Notes: generated by a model not told the origin, from the sequence alone. DNA of 64,000 nt from Opitutales bacterium (GCA_963676215.2 CAXXVT010000002.1:190784-254783), one strand, 5' to 3'; positions 48,716 through 59,558 are shown, numbered from the stretch's first letter. Made by a program: numbers and translations.

Positions 48716-48980
48716 TTCAACTGGTATGGTGACGATGACGGTGAGAGTTTCGACAGATCGCTGCCTTTTCGGTGGTTCGGATACTGAAATTGCAACAGGT
48801 ATTATTTGATTTGACGAGGTCTAAATCTGTCGCTGGTTGCATAATCGATGCTCTAAGTCGGTGTTTTTGATTGGATGATTAATGGGAATACCAGAATCAG
48901 TAACATGACAGGAGAATGAGGTTTTTGATGTTTGATTATTGCTTCGTTCCAGTTCCACTTTGATTATTTTCAGAGACTTT

Positions 48981-49820
48981 ATGCAAAAACTTGAATTAAG
49001 GAAATGGCCGATTAAGGGGGGGTCGATATTCGCAGCCTTCATTTTTGTGTTTCTTTTTGGATGTTCTCGCCAAAAACCCGGAACTGAGTCATCACCTCTT
49101 CTTGTTTTTGCGGCCGCCAGTTTGACTGATGTTCTCGAACCGATTGCGGAACTTTATGAAAGCAAAACAGGCCAGCCGGTTTCCTTTAATCTCGCTGGCA
49201 CAGGCACGCTGGCACGGCAGATTCAAGCTGGAGTGCAGGCAGATTTGTTCTTGAGTGCCAACGAGAGATGGATGGATGAGGTCGAAACTGCTGGAAGAGT
49301 GGATGCTGGCACACGGATTTGGTGGCTATCGAACGAACTCATGGTGGTCGGAAACCGGCGTGGAGAGGTGTCCATTCAAGAACCTGGTGATTGGATGGAT
49401 GAAGCGATCGGATTTGTAGCAGTTGGCGACCCAAGCTATGTTCCTGCGGGGAAGTATGCTGAGACATGGTTGCAGTCCATGGTGATCCAACGAGAGGGAG
49501 AGAACATTGATGTATGGAGTGAACTGAAATCTCGGAACCAACTCACATTTGCATCCGATGTTCGTGGAGCATTGAGACAAGTGATGGCCAGTCGAACGGC
49601 GGTGGGAGTTGTTTATCGAACGGATTACCTCGCCTTCCGCGACCAGCTCAAACTTTTACTGGAAATGCCGGACAATTTGGATTGCACTGCTCGTTATTCC
49701 GCTGCGGTTCTATCCTCTAGTCAACGGCCTGGTAAAGCGCGGGATTTTCTGGAATTCCTTCAGGGTAATGAAGCAAGTGCTATCTTGAAACAGGCGGGCT
49801 TCTCGGTCTCATCCCATTGA
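48981..49820 (+). CDS. modA: Molybdate ABC transporter substrate-binding lipoprotein ModA
   Basis: Lipobox FLFGCS, and VFAAASLTDVLEPIAELYESKTGQPVSFNLAGTGTLARQIQAGVQADLFLSAN is the canonical ModA block. The start is at ATG 48981 (MQKLELRK). Confidence 0.85.
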   Translation: MQKLELRKWPIKGGSIFAAFIFVFLFGCSRQKPGTESSPLLVFAAASLTDVLEPIAELYESKTGQPVSFNLAGTGTLARQIQAGVQADLFLSANERWMDEVETAGRVDAGTRIWWLSNELMVVGNRRGEVSIQEPGDWMDEAIGFVAVGDPSYVPAGKYAETWLQSMVIQREGENIDVWSELKSRNQLTFASDVRGALRQVMASRTAVGVVYRTDYLAFRDQLKLLLEMPDNLDCTARYSAAVLSSSQRPGKARDFLEFLQGNEASAILKQAGFSVSSH

Positions 49821-49862
49821 GCACTTGCATTTGCGCATACTCGGAAACAAAGTGATGTATTT

Positions 49863-50528
49863 ATGGAAGAAACGCTGCAAGTCATCATCGCATCGCTCAG
49901 TTGGGCCTTGTTATCGACTTTGCTGACGTTTGCGCTGGCGGTTCCTCTGTCATTGATGCTCGCGCGTTGTAATTTTCGCGGTAAATCCGTGGTATCAACT
50001 TTGTTCAGTCTTCCGATGGTACTTCCGCCAACGGCTGTCGGTTTTCTCCTCTTACAATTACTTGCTGATGATGGTTGGATGGGACTCGATTTTAACATCC
50101 TTTTCTCATGGAAGGCGGTGATCGTGGCGTGTTCCGTGATGTCCTTTCCGCTCGTAGTAAGGACTGCTAGGGTCAGTTTCGAAAGTGTCGATCCTCAGCT
50201 AGAAAAGGTTGCTCTGACACTCGGAAAATCGAAATGGAATGTGTTTTGCAGTGTCACTTTCCCGCTCGCATCCAAAGGATTATTGGCGGCTGCAATTTTA
50301 GGGTTTACCCGAGCATTGGGAGAATTTGGAGCGACGGTCACTATTGCAGGGAATATTCCAGGTCGAACGCAAACCCTGGCGTCTGCAATCTACAGTGCCC
50401 AGCAGGGCGGTAGAGATGGAGAGGCTACCGTATTGCTTGTGATTGCACTGACAGTGGGATTCTTGGCGGTGTTTTTGACTGAATGGCTTTCCCGGCCGAG
50501 TTCAAAAGAAAGGAAACGGGACGCATGA
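49863..50528 (+). CDS. modB: Molybdate ABC transporter permease ModB
   Basis: 5-6 TM segments. The EAA-like loop [19 protein letters not shown]...[23 protein letters not shown] is typical of ModB/CysTW. Confidence 0.85.
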   Translation: MEETLQVIIASLSWALLSTLLTFALAVPLSLMLARCNFRGKSVVSTLFSLPMVLPPTAVGFLLLQLLADDGWMGLDFNILFSWKAVIVACSVMSFPLVVRTARVSFESVDPQLEKVALTLGKSKWNVFCSVTFPLASKGLLAAAILGFTRALGEFGATVTIAGNIPGRTQTLASAIYSAQQGGRDGEATVLLVIALTVGFLAVFLTEWLSRPSSKERKRDA

Positions 50529-51628
50529 AGCCTGAACTCCATCTATCGTTAAGATATCCACTTCGGGACTTTGAGCTCGAAATAGATACGATACTTTCGC
50601 AGCAGATAACGGGTGTTTTTGGTGCATCCGGTTCGGGTAAGACGAGTCTCGTTGAATCTTTGATTGGTTTGAGAACATCGGCGAAAGGGTGTATCCGATT
50701 CGGGAAAAGCTATTGGTTGGATGATGATGCGGGCATCAGGGTGAAGCCGCAACATCGTAACATTGGTTATGTTCCCCAGCAGCCGTTGATATTTCCTCAT
50801 CTCAGTGGGATGGGAAATTTGCGTTATGGAGAGGCAAGGGCCGCGGCTCGCGGGCTTGATAGTGATTCCCTTCGAAATTCAGTGATCGAGACTTTAGAAC
50901 TCGGACCGTTTTTAGATCAGAAGGTTGATCAGCTTTCTGGAGGAGAGCGCCAGCGTTTGGCATTGGGCCGTGCCCTTTGTTCAGGGCCCGAAATCCTAAT
51001 GTTAGATGAACCCTTGTCCGCCCTCGACATTCGTCTTCGCAAACGGATTTTGCCATTTTTACTCAGAATTCGTGAGCATTTTGAGATTCCGATGCTCATT
51101 GTGTCGCACCATCCCGTGGACTTGATGACGCTTTGCGACGAAGTGTTGGTGCTGCAGAATGGAAAAATCATTGCGCAGGATACCCCGCTGAAGGTGTTTT
51201 CGGAGAAAACGCTTTTTGGGAATGTTGCATCTGAAGGATTCCGAAATGTGATCAACGCTGTGGTCGATAAAGTGGATGTCCATGTTTCTCACTTGCGAAT
51301 CGGTGACGAGGTCCGTGGGCAGGAGGCCGTTGTCATCGGTTCTGATCTTCTGGTGGGACATACGGTGAAGCTTTCCTTTTCTCCAACGGATGTTTTGTTG
51401 TCCCGTTCGCCAATAAAAGGTATCTCTGCTCGAAATCAATGGGAGGCGGAAGTTGTTTCGATTGAAGAATCAGAGGATCAAGTGATTGTGTTATGTGAGA
51501 TTGGGGGTTCAAAAGATTGTCAGGCTGTTGTCCAGCTCACAACTGATGCATTGGATGAATTGAAAATCATTCGGGGATCGGATGTTTTTCTTATTTTAAA
51601 ATCGAGCGCTATTGAAGTGATCGCGTAA
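50525..51628 (+). CDS. modC: Molybdate ABC transporter ATP-binding protein ModC (with C-terminal TOBE/Mop domain)
   Basis: Walker [10 protein letters not shown], signature [15 protein letters not shown], Walker [12 protein letters not shown], and a C-terminal TOBE-like region. ATG 50525 overlaps the modB stop (ATGA). Confidence 0.85.
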   Translation: MKPELHLSLRYPLRDFELEIDTILSQQITGVFGASGSGKTSLVESLIGLRTSAKGCIRFGKSYWLDDDAGIRVKPQHRNIGYVPQQPLIFPHLSGMGNLRYGEARAAARGLDSDSLRNSVIETLELGPFLDQKVDQLSGGERQRLALGRALCSGPEILMLDEPLSALDIRLRKRILPFLLRIREHFEIPMLIVSHHPVDLMTLCDEVLVLQNGKIIAQDTPLKVFSEKTLFGNVASEGFRNVINAVVDKVDVHVSHLRIGDEVRGQEAVVIGSDLLVGHTVKLSFSPTDVLLSRSPIKGISARNQWEAEVVSIEESEDQVIVLCEIGGSKDCQAVVQLTTDALDELKIIRGSDVFLILKSSAIEVIA

Positions 51629-51691
51629 TGGGTGATGAAAAACCCTGACAGCGGTTGAGTTATAAACGGAATCTCTCAAATTGGGTTAGTA

Positions 51692-52474
51692 ATGCGAAAA
51701 AAAATCGAAAGGCATTTTGGAAAGTGGGGGAGCGTCATGCTTTTGATCCTATTCCTGGGGTGTAGTGGATGTATGATCCCGAAAGCGGTCGTGCCGATTC
51801 CGTTTCAATTGTTGAAAGCGCCTGACGGTGAAAAGGTTGAACGGCTCGTTATTTTTTTTCCTGGCCGGAAAGACTCCCCGCAAGATTTTATTGAGCATGG
51901 ATTTTTGGAAAGACTTTGGAAATCTGGAGTGAATGCCGACGCCCTGTTGGTGAATGCGCATCTTGGATATTATGCATCGGAGACGCTGACAGAGCGGTTT
52001 GAGTTGGATATTCTTCCCCTCATTGAACAAGGGGATTACCAAGAGGTTTGGGTCGTCGGAATATCCTTAGGTAGCCTTGGTGTCCTATTATTAGACCAGG
52101 ATCATCCGGGGATTTTTGATAAGATGGTGCTCATCGCTCCTTTCCTCGGAAACAAGAAAGCTTTGTTGAAGGAATTGCAGACAAAAGAAGCAAATAATTG
52201 GGATTTTGATGCTGCAGGACTCGAACGAGATTTCCAGGTCAAATTATGGGAGCACCTTCAAGCTGTTTCCGACAACGAAGAATATCTTGATCGGATTTTA
52301 TTGGGATACGGAGGCAACGACCGATTTGTAGAATGGCAGCAGATTTTTGGGACCTTGTTTTCTTCGGAACAAATCTTTGTGGATCCAGAGGGAAAACATC
52401 GGTGGAATGCCTGGGAGCGCATTTGGGAGCGAATGTGTGAACATCTAGCGCTCAAATACTCCGATCAAAATTGA
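51692..52474 (+). CDS. Alpha/beta hydrolase fold lipoprotein
   Basis: Lipobox ILFLGCSGC and nucleophile elbow VVGISLGSLG (GxSxG). Confidence 0.6.
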   Translation: MRKKIERHFGKWGSVMLLILFLGCSGCMIPKAVVPIPFQLLKAPDGEKVERLVIFFPGRKDSPQDFIEHGFLERLWKSGVNADALLVNAHLGYYASETLTERFELDILPLIEQGDYQEVWVVGISLGSLGVLLLDQDHPGIFDKMVLIAPFLGNKKALLKELQTKEANNWDFDAAGLERDFQVKLWEHLQAVSDNEEYLDRILLGYGGNDRFVEWQQIFGTLFSSEQIFVDPEGKHRWNAWERIWERMCEHLALKYSDQN

Positions 52475-52851
52475 CCCGTTCGAAGGAGAATAAGCGTGCA
52501 AGCTTCTTCGTAGGTAATCCCTGCCTCTTCGAGCGCTTTCTGGTGGATATCGGATTCGGTGCCGGGATTAAAAATCACTCGTTTGACCCCTCTGTCTACA
52601 ATTGAACTGATGTGGCGGTCGAGGATTTCGGGGCGAACATAAAGCGTGACAGTGTCAATTAGAGTGGACGCTGGCACATCCGTAAGTTTTGGGTAGGCTG
52701 TGATACCGCCAACAGTGTCTTTTACGGGATTGATCGGAACAACCGTGTGTCCTTTTTCAATTAAAAGCTCTTGAGCGAGCTTGGCATAACGGCCCTCTTT
52801 GTCGCTGGCGCCGATGATGGCGACGGTTTCAGATTCTCTTTGGATACTCAT
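52465..52851 (-). CDS. CoA-binding domain protein (YccU-like)
   Basis: ETVAIIGASDKEGRYAKLAQELLIEKGHTVVPINP is the CoA_binding_2 N-terminal signature. The start is set at comp(52849..52851), giving MSIQRE. Confidence 0.75.
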   Translation of the reverse strand: MSIQRESETVAIIGASDKEGRYAKLAQELLIEKGHTVVPINPVKDTVGGITAYPKLTDVPASTLIDTVTLYVRPEILDRHISSIVDRGVKRVIFNPGTESDIHQKALEEAGITYEEACTLILLRTGQF

Positions 52852-52905
52852 TGGAACTGATATTAGGACGAAGTGGTCAATTCGCAATGATTGAGTCCTC
52901 CTCGT

Positions 52906-53493
52906 TTATGCGCTCAAGGCCTTTTTGATCAAAGCACTTGCGCTTTCAGTCATTGGAAGCTCAAGGGCTGCGTTGTGAGCGATTTCACTCATTTTACCCC
53001 ATGTTTTTCTTAATATTGAGATCGTTTTCTCCTCTTCCCATTTGATGAGACAGCTTTCGAATTGGTGTTCGAGAAATACGAGACAGAGGGCATCTTCGAT
53101 GGCCTGCACACTTGGGTCTGTTTTCAGTCCCTTTTTGAGATTTATTTTCTGCACCTCTTCGATCGTCGAATTGTCGTAGCCAACGGCCTTTAGGACTTCG
53201 GCGCTCTTCGCTGCATGGTATTGTTTGAGATCGTTGCGCCATTTAAGGTAGGCCGTCCGCCCTTCAGGGTAGGAAGATCGTGGAATTTCCCATCGACAGA
53301 GGTGTTGGCATCGGGCTGCGAGTCGAACGGTTTCGGAGGATTCAGGATAAAGTGCTTCGATCCAGCGACTCATCGCCTGGGCATCGTGCAACTCTTTTGG
53401 AGCAGGTCCGCCGGCTGATTCGACTTTGTTTGGGTCTTTAGCATTGAGTTCGTCGAATCTGGCGATGGCTGTTTGAAATCTTGATGATGTCAT
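52906..53493 (-). CDS. DUF4202 family protein
   Basis: [37 protein letters not shown]... resembles the conserved core of DUF4202 as I recall it. The start is at comp(53491..53493), giving MTSSRF. Confidence 0.6.
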   Translation of the reverse strand: MTSSRFQTAIARFDELNAKDPNKVESAGGPAPKELHDAQAMSRWIEALYPESSETVRLAARCQHLCRWEIPRSSYPEGRTAYLKWRNDLKQYHAAKSAEVLKAVGYDNSTIEEVQKINLKKGLKTDPSVQAIEDALCLVFLEHQFESCLIKWEEEKTISILRKTWGKMSEIAHNAALELPMTESASALIKKALSA

Positions 53494-53732
53494 GGTGAGA
53501 AATGATGTAGAAAACAGCACACAGATAGCAAGCGATGAGTCCCTGATTGACTTTTAAGTGCCTAATTTCTCCGATTTTTATTATTACCAGTGCTTCTGTT
53601 TGCCCCGCCAAAGGTTTGCGTGATTGAACTGAAGAGCTAATCTGGTCTAAAAAGGTCGTTCGCGTTTATTTAATGCGATCTCACCCCGATGGTAAACCTT
53701 TCGTAAAAGAGAAATTAAGAAATCTTCAAATC

Positions 53733-54956
53733 ATGGCTAAAATCAAAGTAGAAAATCCCGTTGTTGAGTTGGACGGGGATGAAATGACCCGAATCATTTG
53801 GAAGTTCATCAAGGAAAAATTGATCCTTCCTTATCTCGATCTCGATATTAAATACTACGACCTCGGTATCGAAGCGCGGGACAATACAGATGATCAAATC
53901 ACCGTGGATGCGGCGAAGGCGATTAAGGAATGTGGTGTGGGTATCAAGTGTGCCACGATCACTCCCGATGAAGATCGCGTTGAAGAGTTTGGGCTGAAGA
54001 GCATGTGGCGTTCACCAAATGGAACCATCCGCAATATCTTGGATGGAACTGTTTTTCGTGAGCCCATTATCATGAAGAATGTGCCACGTCTGGTGACCAC
54101 TTGGAACAAGCCGATCTGTATCGGTCGTCATGCGTTTGGTGACCAATATCGGGCAACTGACTTCGTTACAAAAGGTAAGGGCAAGCTAACGGTGAAGTTT
54201 GAGGGCGAAGATGGTAATGTCATCGAGCATGAGGTTTATAATTTTGAAGGCGATGGTGTTGCTTTGACCATGTATAACACGGACGAATCCATTCGTGGGT
54301 TTGCACGGGCTTGTTTCAACCAAGCGTTGGTCAAAAAATGGCCTCTTTACATGTCTACTAAGAATACGATCCTCAAGAAATATGATGGTCGGTTTAAGGA
54401 CGTGTTTCAGGAAATCTACGAAACTGAGTTTAAAGAACATATGGATGCTGAAGGTTTGACCTACGAGCATCGTTTGATCGATGACATGGTGGCAGCTGCA
54501 CTGAAGTGGGAAGGTGGCTTTGTTTGGGCGTGTAAAAACTATGATGGCGATGTGCAATCTGACATTGTGGCTCAAGGTTTTGGATCACTCGGACTGATGA
54601 CTTCTACGTTGATCACTCCCGATGGTAACACGATGGAGGCAGAAGCAGCGCATGGCACTGTAACGCGTCACTACCGCGAACATCAGAAAGGGAACAAGAC
54701 TTCGACGAACCCGATTGCTTCCATTTTTGCATGGACTCGTGGGCTACAATTCCGCGGTAAATTGGACGACAATGCGGATTTGATCAAGTTCTGCGATGAC
54801 CTCGAAGCTGTTTGTATCGAAACCGTTGAAGGTGGCGTTATGACCAAGGATCTCGCGCTTTGCATTCACGGTAGGGCAATGAAGGATGAGCATTGGGTGA
54901 CCACTGAGGATTTCCTTGAAGCCCTTGATTCAGGGTTGAAGGCAAAACGAGCCTAA
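53733..54956 (+). CDS. icd: NADP-dependent isocitrate dehydrogenase (eukaryote-like homodimeric subfamily II)
   Basis: [80 protein letters not shown]...NYDGDVQSD... is canonical along the full length. The start is at ATG 53733. Confidence 0.93.
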   Translation: MAKIKVENPVVELDGDEMTRIIWKFIKEKLILPYLDLDIKYYDLGIEARDNTDDQITVDAAKAIKECGVGIKCATITPDEDRVEEFGLKSMWRSPNGTIRNILDGTVFREPIIMKNVPRLVTTWNKPICIGRHAFGDQYRATDFVTKGKGKLTVKFEGEDGNVIEHEVYNFEGDGVALTMYNTDESIRGFARACFNQALVKKWPLYMSTKNTILKKYDGRFKDVFQEIYETEFKEHMDAEGLTYEHRLIDDMVAAALKWEGGFVWACKNYDGDVQSDIVAQGFGSLGLMTSTLITPDGNTMEAEAAHGTVTRHYREHQKGNKTSTNPIASIFAWTRGLQFRGKLDDNADLIKFCDDLEAVCIETVEGGVMTKDLALCIHGRAMKDEHWVTTEDFLEALDSGLKAKRA

Positions 54957-54994
54957 AACATGACGATATAGAGAAATCTATCTGCTCAATTTAG

Positions 54995-55030
54995 AAAACA
55001 CCGGTATGCATTTGCTTCCGGTGTTTTTGT
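54995..55030 (+). terminator. Rho-independent terminator after icd
   Basis: AAAACACCGG-(13-nt loop)-CCGGTGTTTTtgt. Confidence 0.7.
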
Positions 55031-55042
55031 GTACTGGGCGAA

Positions 55043-56011
55043 ATGAATACTGCGGAAGTTTACTTCGAAATCTTTTGCACTTATTATCAGAATTCATATT
55101 ATAATATGGGTCTCATGTATTGTCCCAATTTTATAATCGCGGGTGCGCAAAAATCAGGAACTACCTATTTGCAGCGTTGTCTTCAGGATCATCCTGATGT
55201 GTTCATGCCAGCTGATGAAACTACCTATTTTGAGGAGACCGATTTCAAGACCGTTCCGTGGGATACCTTTTTAAGGGAATTTGATCAAGCAGGTGGAAAG
55301 AACGCGGTAGGTATAAAACGTCCCGATTACATGGGGCGTAAACTTTGTGCGGAGAACATTGCATCCAAACTTCCTGACGTAAAAATCCTTTTCGTTCTTC
55401 GAGATCCAGTGGAACGGGCGATATCGGCTTATTTGAATTTTGTTGCTTATTCATGTCTACCGGTCGAACCCATTAACAACGGGTTAAGGAACCTCATCAA
55501 TGGACACTATTCTGAGTATGCTGTGGCTGATGAAGTCATTCAATTTGGATTCTACCACAAGCTTTTGATGCGTTATTTCAAATTGTTTCCTAGGGAGCAA
55601 ATAAAGGTGATTCAATTCGAACAGATCACTCAGCATCCTTTGGAAACCATGCGCTCAGTCTATGATTTTTTAGGTATCGACACATCGTATATCCCAAAAG
55701 CTATGCAATCTCGTTTTCAGGTAACTGCAAAATCTGAGATTATCTTGAAGCTCAGTAGTCTGATGTCGGATCTGGCCTATGCCTATACTGATGATCGGAG
55801 TCGGTTTGAACCCAAGTCGATGGATCAGGTCGAATCGCATGTGCTTGGAGTGTTACAACAACTCAATGAAAAACTAGTCATACCCCATTTTGGCGGGCGA
55901 AAGACTCCTATAGAAGAATCTCTCAAGGCCATATTGCGGGACATTTATAGCGAAGATATTATGGATCTCGAGAGTGAACTAGGATGGGACCTAAGTCTTT
56001 GGAAAGAGTGA
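55043..56011 (+). CDS. Sulfotransferase family protein
   Basis: The 5'-PSB loop is FIIAGAQKSGTTYL and the 3'-PB motif is FVLRDPVERAISAY. The start is uncertain (Met at codons 1, 22 and 25). Confidence 0.8.
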   Translation: MNTAEVYFEIFCTYYQNSYYNMGLMYCPNFIIAGAQKSGTTYLQRCLQDHPDVFMPADETTYFEETDFKTVPWDTFLREFDQAGGKNAVGIKRPDYMGRKLCAENIASKLPDVKILFVLRDPVERAISAYLNFVAYSCLPVEPINNGLRNLINGHYSEYAVADEVIQFGFYHKLLMRYFKLFPREQIKVIQFEQITQHPLETMRSVYDFLGIDTSYIPKAMQSRFQVTAKSEIILKLSSLMSDLAYAYTDDRSRFEPKSMDQVESHVLGVLQQLNEKLVIPHFGGRKTPIEESLKAILRDIYSEDIMDLESELGWDLSLWKE

Positions 56012-56013
56012 AG

Positions 56014-57043
56014 ATGACAATTGATGATTTAAAGCAAGAGGGAATCTACTTTCACTCTACTGGAGAGGAATTCTGCTACACTGTCATCTGTCTGGCCAGT
56101 GGCTTTCATCAATTGGGTATCCCTATTTATGGAAATATCGATTACGAGAATCCCCTCGTTAGCGATTTGAAAATCCCGAAACTTCAGTCAGATACAACGC
56201 CTGCGATGATGTTGATCGATGTAAGGGAAGGAACCTTCACTCCGAATATGCCATTTCGGATTGATGGGGCACATCAACACACGCATGTGGTAGCAGTATG
56301 CGACAGCATTGAATCGTTGAACTATCAGAGTGTGTTTCCTTTGTATCGTGGACATTGTAACCGTCTCATCGGAAATCCCTACACTTATAAACCTCTCGGA
56401 TTTGGTGTTTCTGATCGGCTTGCGACTTTTTCGGAATCTTTTGATTTTGAAGCTCAACGCGACGAAGTGGTATTGCGGAATTTTCGATCTTCGGCAAATC
56501 AACATCTGAGGTTGTCGATGGAGCTTAGCCTTTTGCCATTATTGCAAGACAAAATAGGGATTGACCGCCGACTTACCAAACCTACTGGACGATTTGACAA
56601 TGAATTCCTTGAGCGGTTGCAGGTCATTGATGTGTCTTTGTTATGGGGGCAATTATTTGGACGATTCCACCGATTTTTTCCGAGGAGCATTGCCTACGGA
56701 AGATCCCAGATTCGAATTTTTAGTGAGTAAACATGTATATCAACCAGCTGTTATTGTCCGATGGGACAGTTGGAGGTTCTGGGAATCTCTTTGTATGGGG
56801 TGCCTTACTCTCCAGTTAGACTTCGATAAATATGGATTTGAGCTACCTGTGATGCCTGAAAACTGGGTGCACTATGTGGGGCTTTCATTGGATAATCTCA
56901 AGGAAGATGTGGAGAGAATTTTTGATGAACGTGATCGCTTACCTGAGATCGCCAGAAAAGGTCGTTTATGGGCTCTTCAACACTATACTCCTCGTCCTGT
57001 AGCGACCCGTTTTTTACGCGATGCTGGGATCGAACTCTCCTGA
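56014..57043 (+). pseudogene. Hypothetical gene split into two overlapping frames (55984..56730 and 56561..57043); frameshifted or mis-sequenced
   Basis: The two ORFs overlap by 170 nt in frames 1 and 2. Read together, (MTIDDLKQEG...FDNEFLERLQ / ...CYGGNYLDDSTDFFRGALPTEDPRFEFLVSKH...RWDSWRFWESLCMGCLTLQLD...) would give a ~340-aa protein. A G5 run lies at 56645..56649. No family is recognised with confidence. Confidence 0.45.
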
Positions 57044-57046
57044 GTT

Positions 57047-58063
57047 TTGTCAAATCGTAAGATGCACCCTCGCCATTGGACTCAATTGGATCGCAATGGG
57101 TTGTTTGTGAGACCGGGCAAGTTTTACATCGACCCGGATCGAGCTGCTCCGTGGGCAGTCATCACTCACGGACATGCGGATCATGCTAGGCGGGGACACC
57201 ATACAGTGGTGGCGACCCCAGAGACGTTGGCGATCATGCAATGCCGCTATGGGAAAAACTTTTGTAAAAATGCGATTCCATTGGGTATCCATGAAAGTAT
57301 GACGATCGGGGATACGACCATTACTTTTTATCCCGCCGGGCACGTTCTGGGCAGTGTGCAGGTGCAGGTCGAATATCATGGGCAACGGTTGGGGGTATCG
57401 GGTGATTACAAACGGGGAGGGGGAGACCCAAGCTGTGCTGATTTTGAACCAGTGCCCTGTGAAGTATTTCTCACAGAGGCAACTTTTGGGTATCCCTTAT
57501 TCGTTTTTCCGGATCCTTGGAGTGAACTCGAAAAACTCGCGGCTTCCACGCGTCTTTTCCCCGAACGCCCCCATTTGGTTGCGGCCTATTCGTTGGGTAA
57601 AGCGCAGCGTTTGATTGCTACACTCAGAAAATTGGGGTTTGAAGGGAAAATTTACGCGCATTCGACCATCATCGCTCTGAATACAGTCTACGAGCATTTT
57701 GGAATCGAGTTGGGCACTGTGTTTCCGTTGGAAGAGTTCCATTACGACCACGTCTCTGAGATTGCGGATGTCATCGTCGCTCCGCAAGGAGGGAATCTTA
57801 AGCTTAATCTACCGGAAGGGCTTGTTCCGGTATTGAGCGGGGCATCGGGGTGGAATAGTGTGCGTAAACATGCGCTATCGAGTCGCCTTGAAGTGCCGAT
57901 GGTGATTTCAGATCATTGCGATTGGCTTGGACTTCAACAGAGTATTCGGGAAACGGAGGCCAAGGAGGTTTGGGTGACCCATGGCCCTTCTGAAGCACTC
58001 AGTCTCTGGGGGAAGTCAGAAGGACTTCAGGTTTTGGACTTAAAGGAGGTGTGGCGTGGATGA
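57047..58063 (+). CDS. Ligase-associated DNA damage response exonuclease (metallo-beta-lactamase / beta-CASP-like)
   Basis: GLFVRPGKFYIDPDRAAPWAVITHGHADHARRGHH (HxHxDH), the later GHVLGS, SGDYK, TEATFG and SDHCDW match the family usually found next to PP_1105-type ATP-dependent ligases. TTG start; ATG at 57062 is an alternative. Confidence 0.75.
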   Translation: MSNRKMHPRHWTQLDRNGLFVRPGKFYIDPDRAAPWAVITHGHADHARRGHHTVVATPETLAIMQCRYGKNFCKNAIPLGIHESMTIGDTTITFYPAGHVLGSVQVQVEYHGQRLGVSGDYKRGGGDPSCADFEPVPCEVFLTEATFGYPLFVFPDPWSELEKLAASTRLFPERPHLVAAYSLGKAQRLIATLRKLGFEGKIYAHSTIIALNTVYEHFGIELGTVFPLEEFHYDHVSEIADVIVAPQGGNLKLNLPEGLVPVLSGASGWNSVRKHALSSRLEVPMVISDHCDWLGLQQSIRETEAKEVWVTHGPSEALSLWGKSEGLQVLDLKEVWRG

Positions 58064-59558
58064 GTTCCGCAAAAATGAAGACCATGCTGATCCAGTGGTT
58101 GGTCTATTTGAACGATGGTATTTTGCTGAAAACGAAGAAGTGAGGATGCGTCACCTTCAGCAATTTCTTGAATCCGGTGATCCGATGAGGGCTTGGGTTC
58201 TCAGAGTCTTGCTGGAAGGGGTTGGAAAAACTGCGATATCCAAAAATCGAATACAGGTTTTGCTTTTGCAACGCATTCAGCAATGGGAATGGGACATGTC
58301 TCAGGCGTTTATGGGAGATTGGGTAGATTGCTTAGCTCGTCTCTGGCCGTGTAAAACGCAGAAGAACTGTGGTGTGCTTGATTGGAGCGAGGTGGAACAG
58401 CGCTTGCAACAGGGAAACAAGGATGACTGTGAGCGAACATTCGTTTCACTGCTCGATGAGTTGGCAGAGTCTCAGCGGTGGATACTTATGCAATTGTTTT
58501 TGAAAAAGACTAATTGGGGACTTTCTCGCCAAGGGATCTTTAAGTGCTTGTCCAAGGTTGCTAAATTGGGAAATGAAGGAGAAGCCAGCTGGTATTTTCT
58601 CAAAGATCACCCCCATGTAATCGAGCGGTTGCTAGAAGGTCATTATGAGTTGGGCGATATTCCCAAAGGCTGTTATTTTTCCGAAATGGAACCGATTGAG
58701 AAGCTCTCATTCGAAGAAATAAGACGGCTCAATCCCGAGGACTACACTCTATTCCATTCTCCGGATGGATTGTGGGTTCAATGGGTTGTGACTGAGATGG
58801 AGAGAGCCATCTATGATGTTGAAGGGAATCAACTGAATTTTGGATTTGAAGACCTTTTATTTTCCTGTTCAGAGCCCGTTCGATGGGTTGGGGTGATAAG
58901 CGATACGGATGGAGACGTAGGAAACCCTATGGTTGAAAAACGACTAGCGGCAGTCAAGAGGGGGAGTTCTCTTCGAAAACCAGTTCATTATCCTGTGACT
59001 TTTCATCTTATTGAATCTATGGGAGAACTCTCGGGCGATTTTCCTGAAGCCTGTGAACGCCCACAGGGGGAAATCATAAAATCATGGGACGCTGTGGAAG
59101 TTTCGGATTCGTCGCTATTCGTCCGTAAAAATAAATCCGCCAGTCTTGGTCCGAAGTGGTTCCGGATGAAGCCTCAGGAAAAAGTCTTGCATGGGGTATT
59201 GCTCTATGCAATGCGAGAGCCTCGGAGTCGTAATTTCGTGGATCTTACAGTGGGATTGAAGAATGATAGCGGGAAATGGATTCCATTAACGAAAGTGCCG
59301 ATGAGCGAAGTGGGAATACTCGATGTGGATCGTCTCGAGGAGTGGATGAAAAATCATGTGGATTTCAAAAAAGGACCCATTACGGAATTTGAAAAAACAA
59401 TGGTAGTAGAGATTGGGTTTTCGGGTTTGAGATCTGCCCCTCGCAGGAAATGTGGGCTGGAACTGGAGCACGTGACCTTCAAAAGGATTGCTTGGGAGAA
59501 AAAAGCGAAGGAAGTAGACACCCTCGAAGTGTTTGTGAATAATTGTGAAAAACCGTAG
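58056..59558 (+). CDS. ATP-dependent DNA ligase-like protein (ligase-associated family) lacking the KxDG adenylation motif
   Basis: The N-terminal domain (...MGDWVDCLARLWP...) and the OB-fold end (VLHGVLLYAMRE...VVEIGFSGLRSAPRRKCGLELEHVTFKRIAWEKKAKEVDTLE) follow the layout of PP_1105-type ligases. The motif I position reads FHSPDGLW. The GTG start overlaps the exonuclease stop by 8 nt. Confidence 0.65.
   Translation: MDEFRKNEDHADPVVGLFERWYFAENEEVRMRHLQQFLESGDPMRAWVLRVLLEGVGKTAISKNRIQVLLLQRIQQWEWDMSQAFMGDWVDCLARLWPCKTQKNCGVLDWSEVEQRLQQGNKDDCERTFVSLLDELAESQRWILMQLFLKKTNWGLSRQGIFKCLSKVAKLGNEGEASWYFLKDHPHVIERLLEGHYELGDIPKGCYFSEMEPIEKLSFEEIRRLNPEDYTLFHSPDGLWVQWVVTEMERAIYDVEGNQLNFGFEDLLFSCSEPVRWVGVISDTDGDVGNPMVEKRLAAVKRGSSLRKPVHYPVTFHLIESMGELSGDFPEACERPQGEIIKSWDAVEVSDSSLFVRKNKSASLGPKWFRMKPQEKVLHGVLLYAMREPRSRNFVDLTVGLKNDSGKWIPLTKVPMSEVGILDVDRLEEWMKNHVDFKKGPITEFEKTMVVEIGFSGLRSAPRRKCGLELEHVTFKRIAWEKKAKEVDTLEVFVNNCEKP

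Noticed and set aside
48716-48980. Possible molybdenum-cofactor riboswitch upstream of modA
   Set aside because: No conserved Moco-motif-like GC-rich helices or loops are visible, and the region is AT-rich and unstructured by eye.
49016-49022. G7 run inside the modA signal-peptide region as a possible phase switch
   Set aside because: The frame is intact, and the run simply encodes Lys-Gly-Gly (AAG GGG GGG). Nothing suggests variation.
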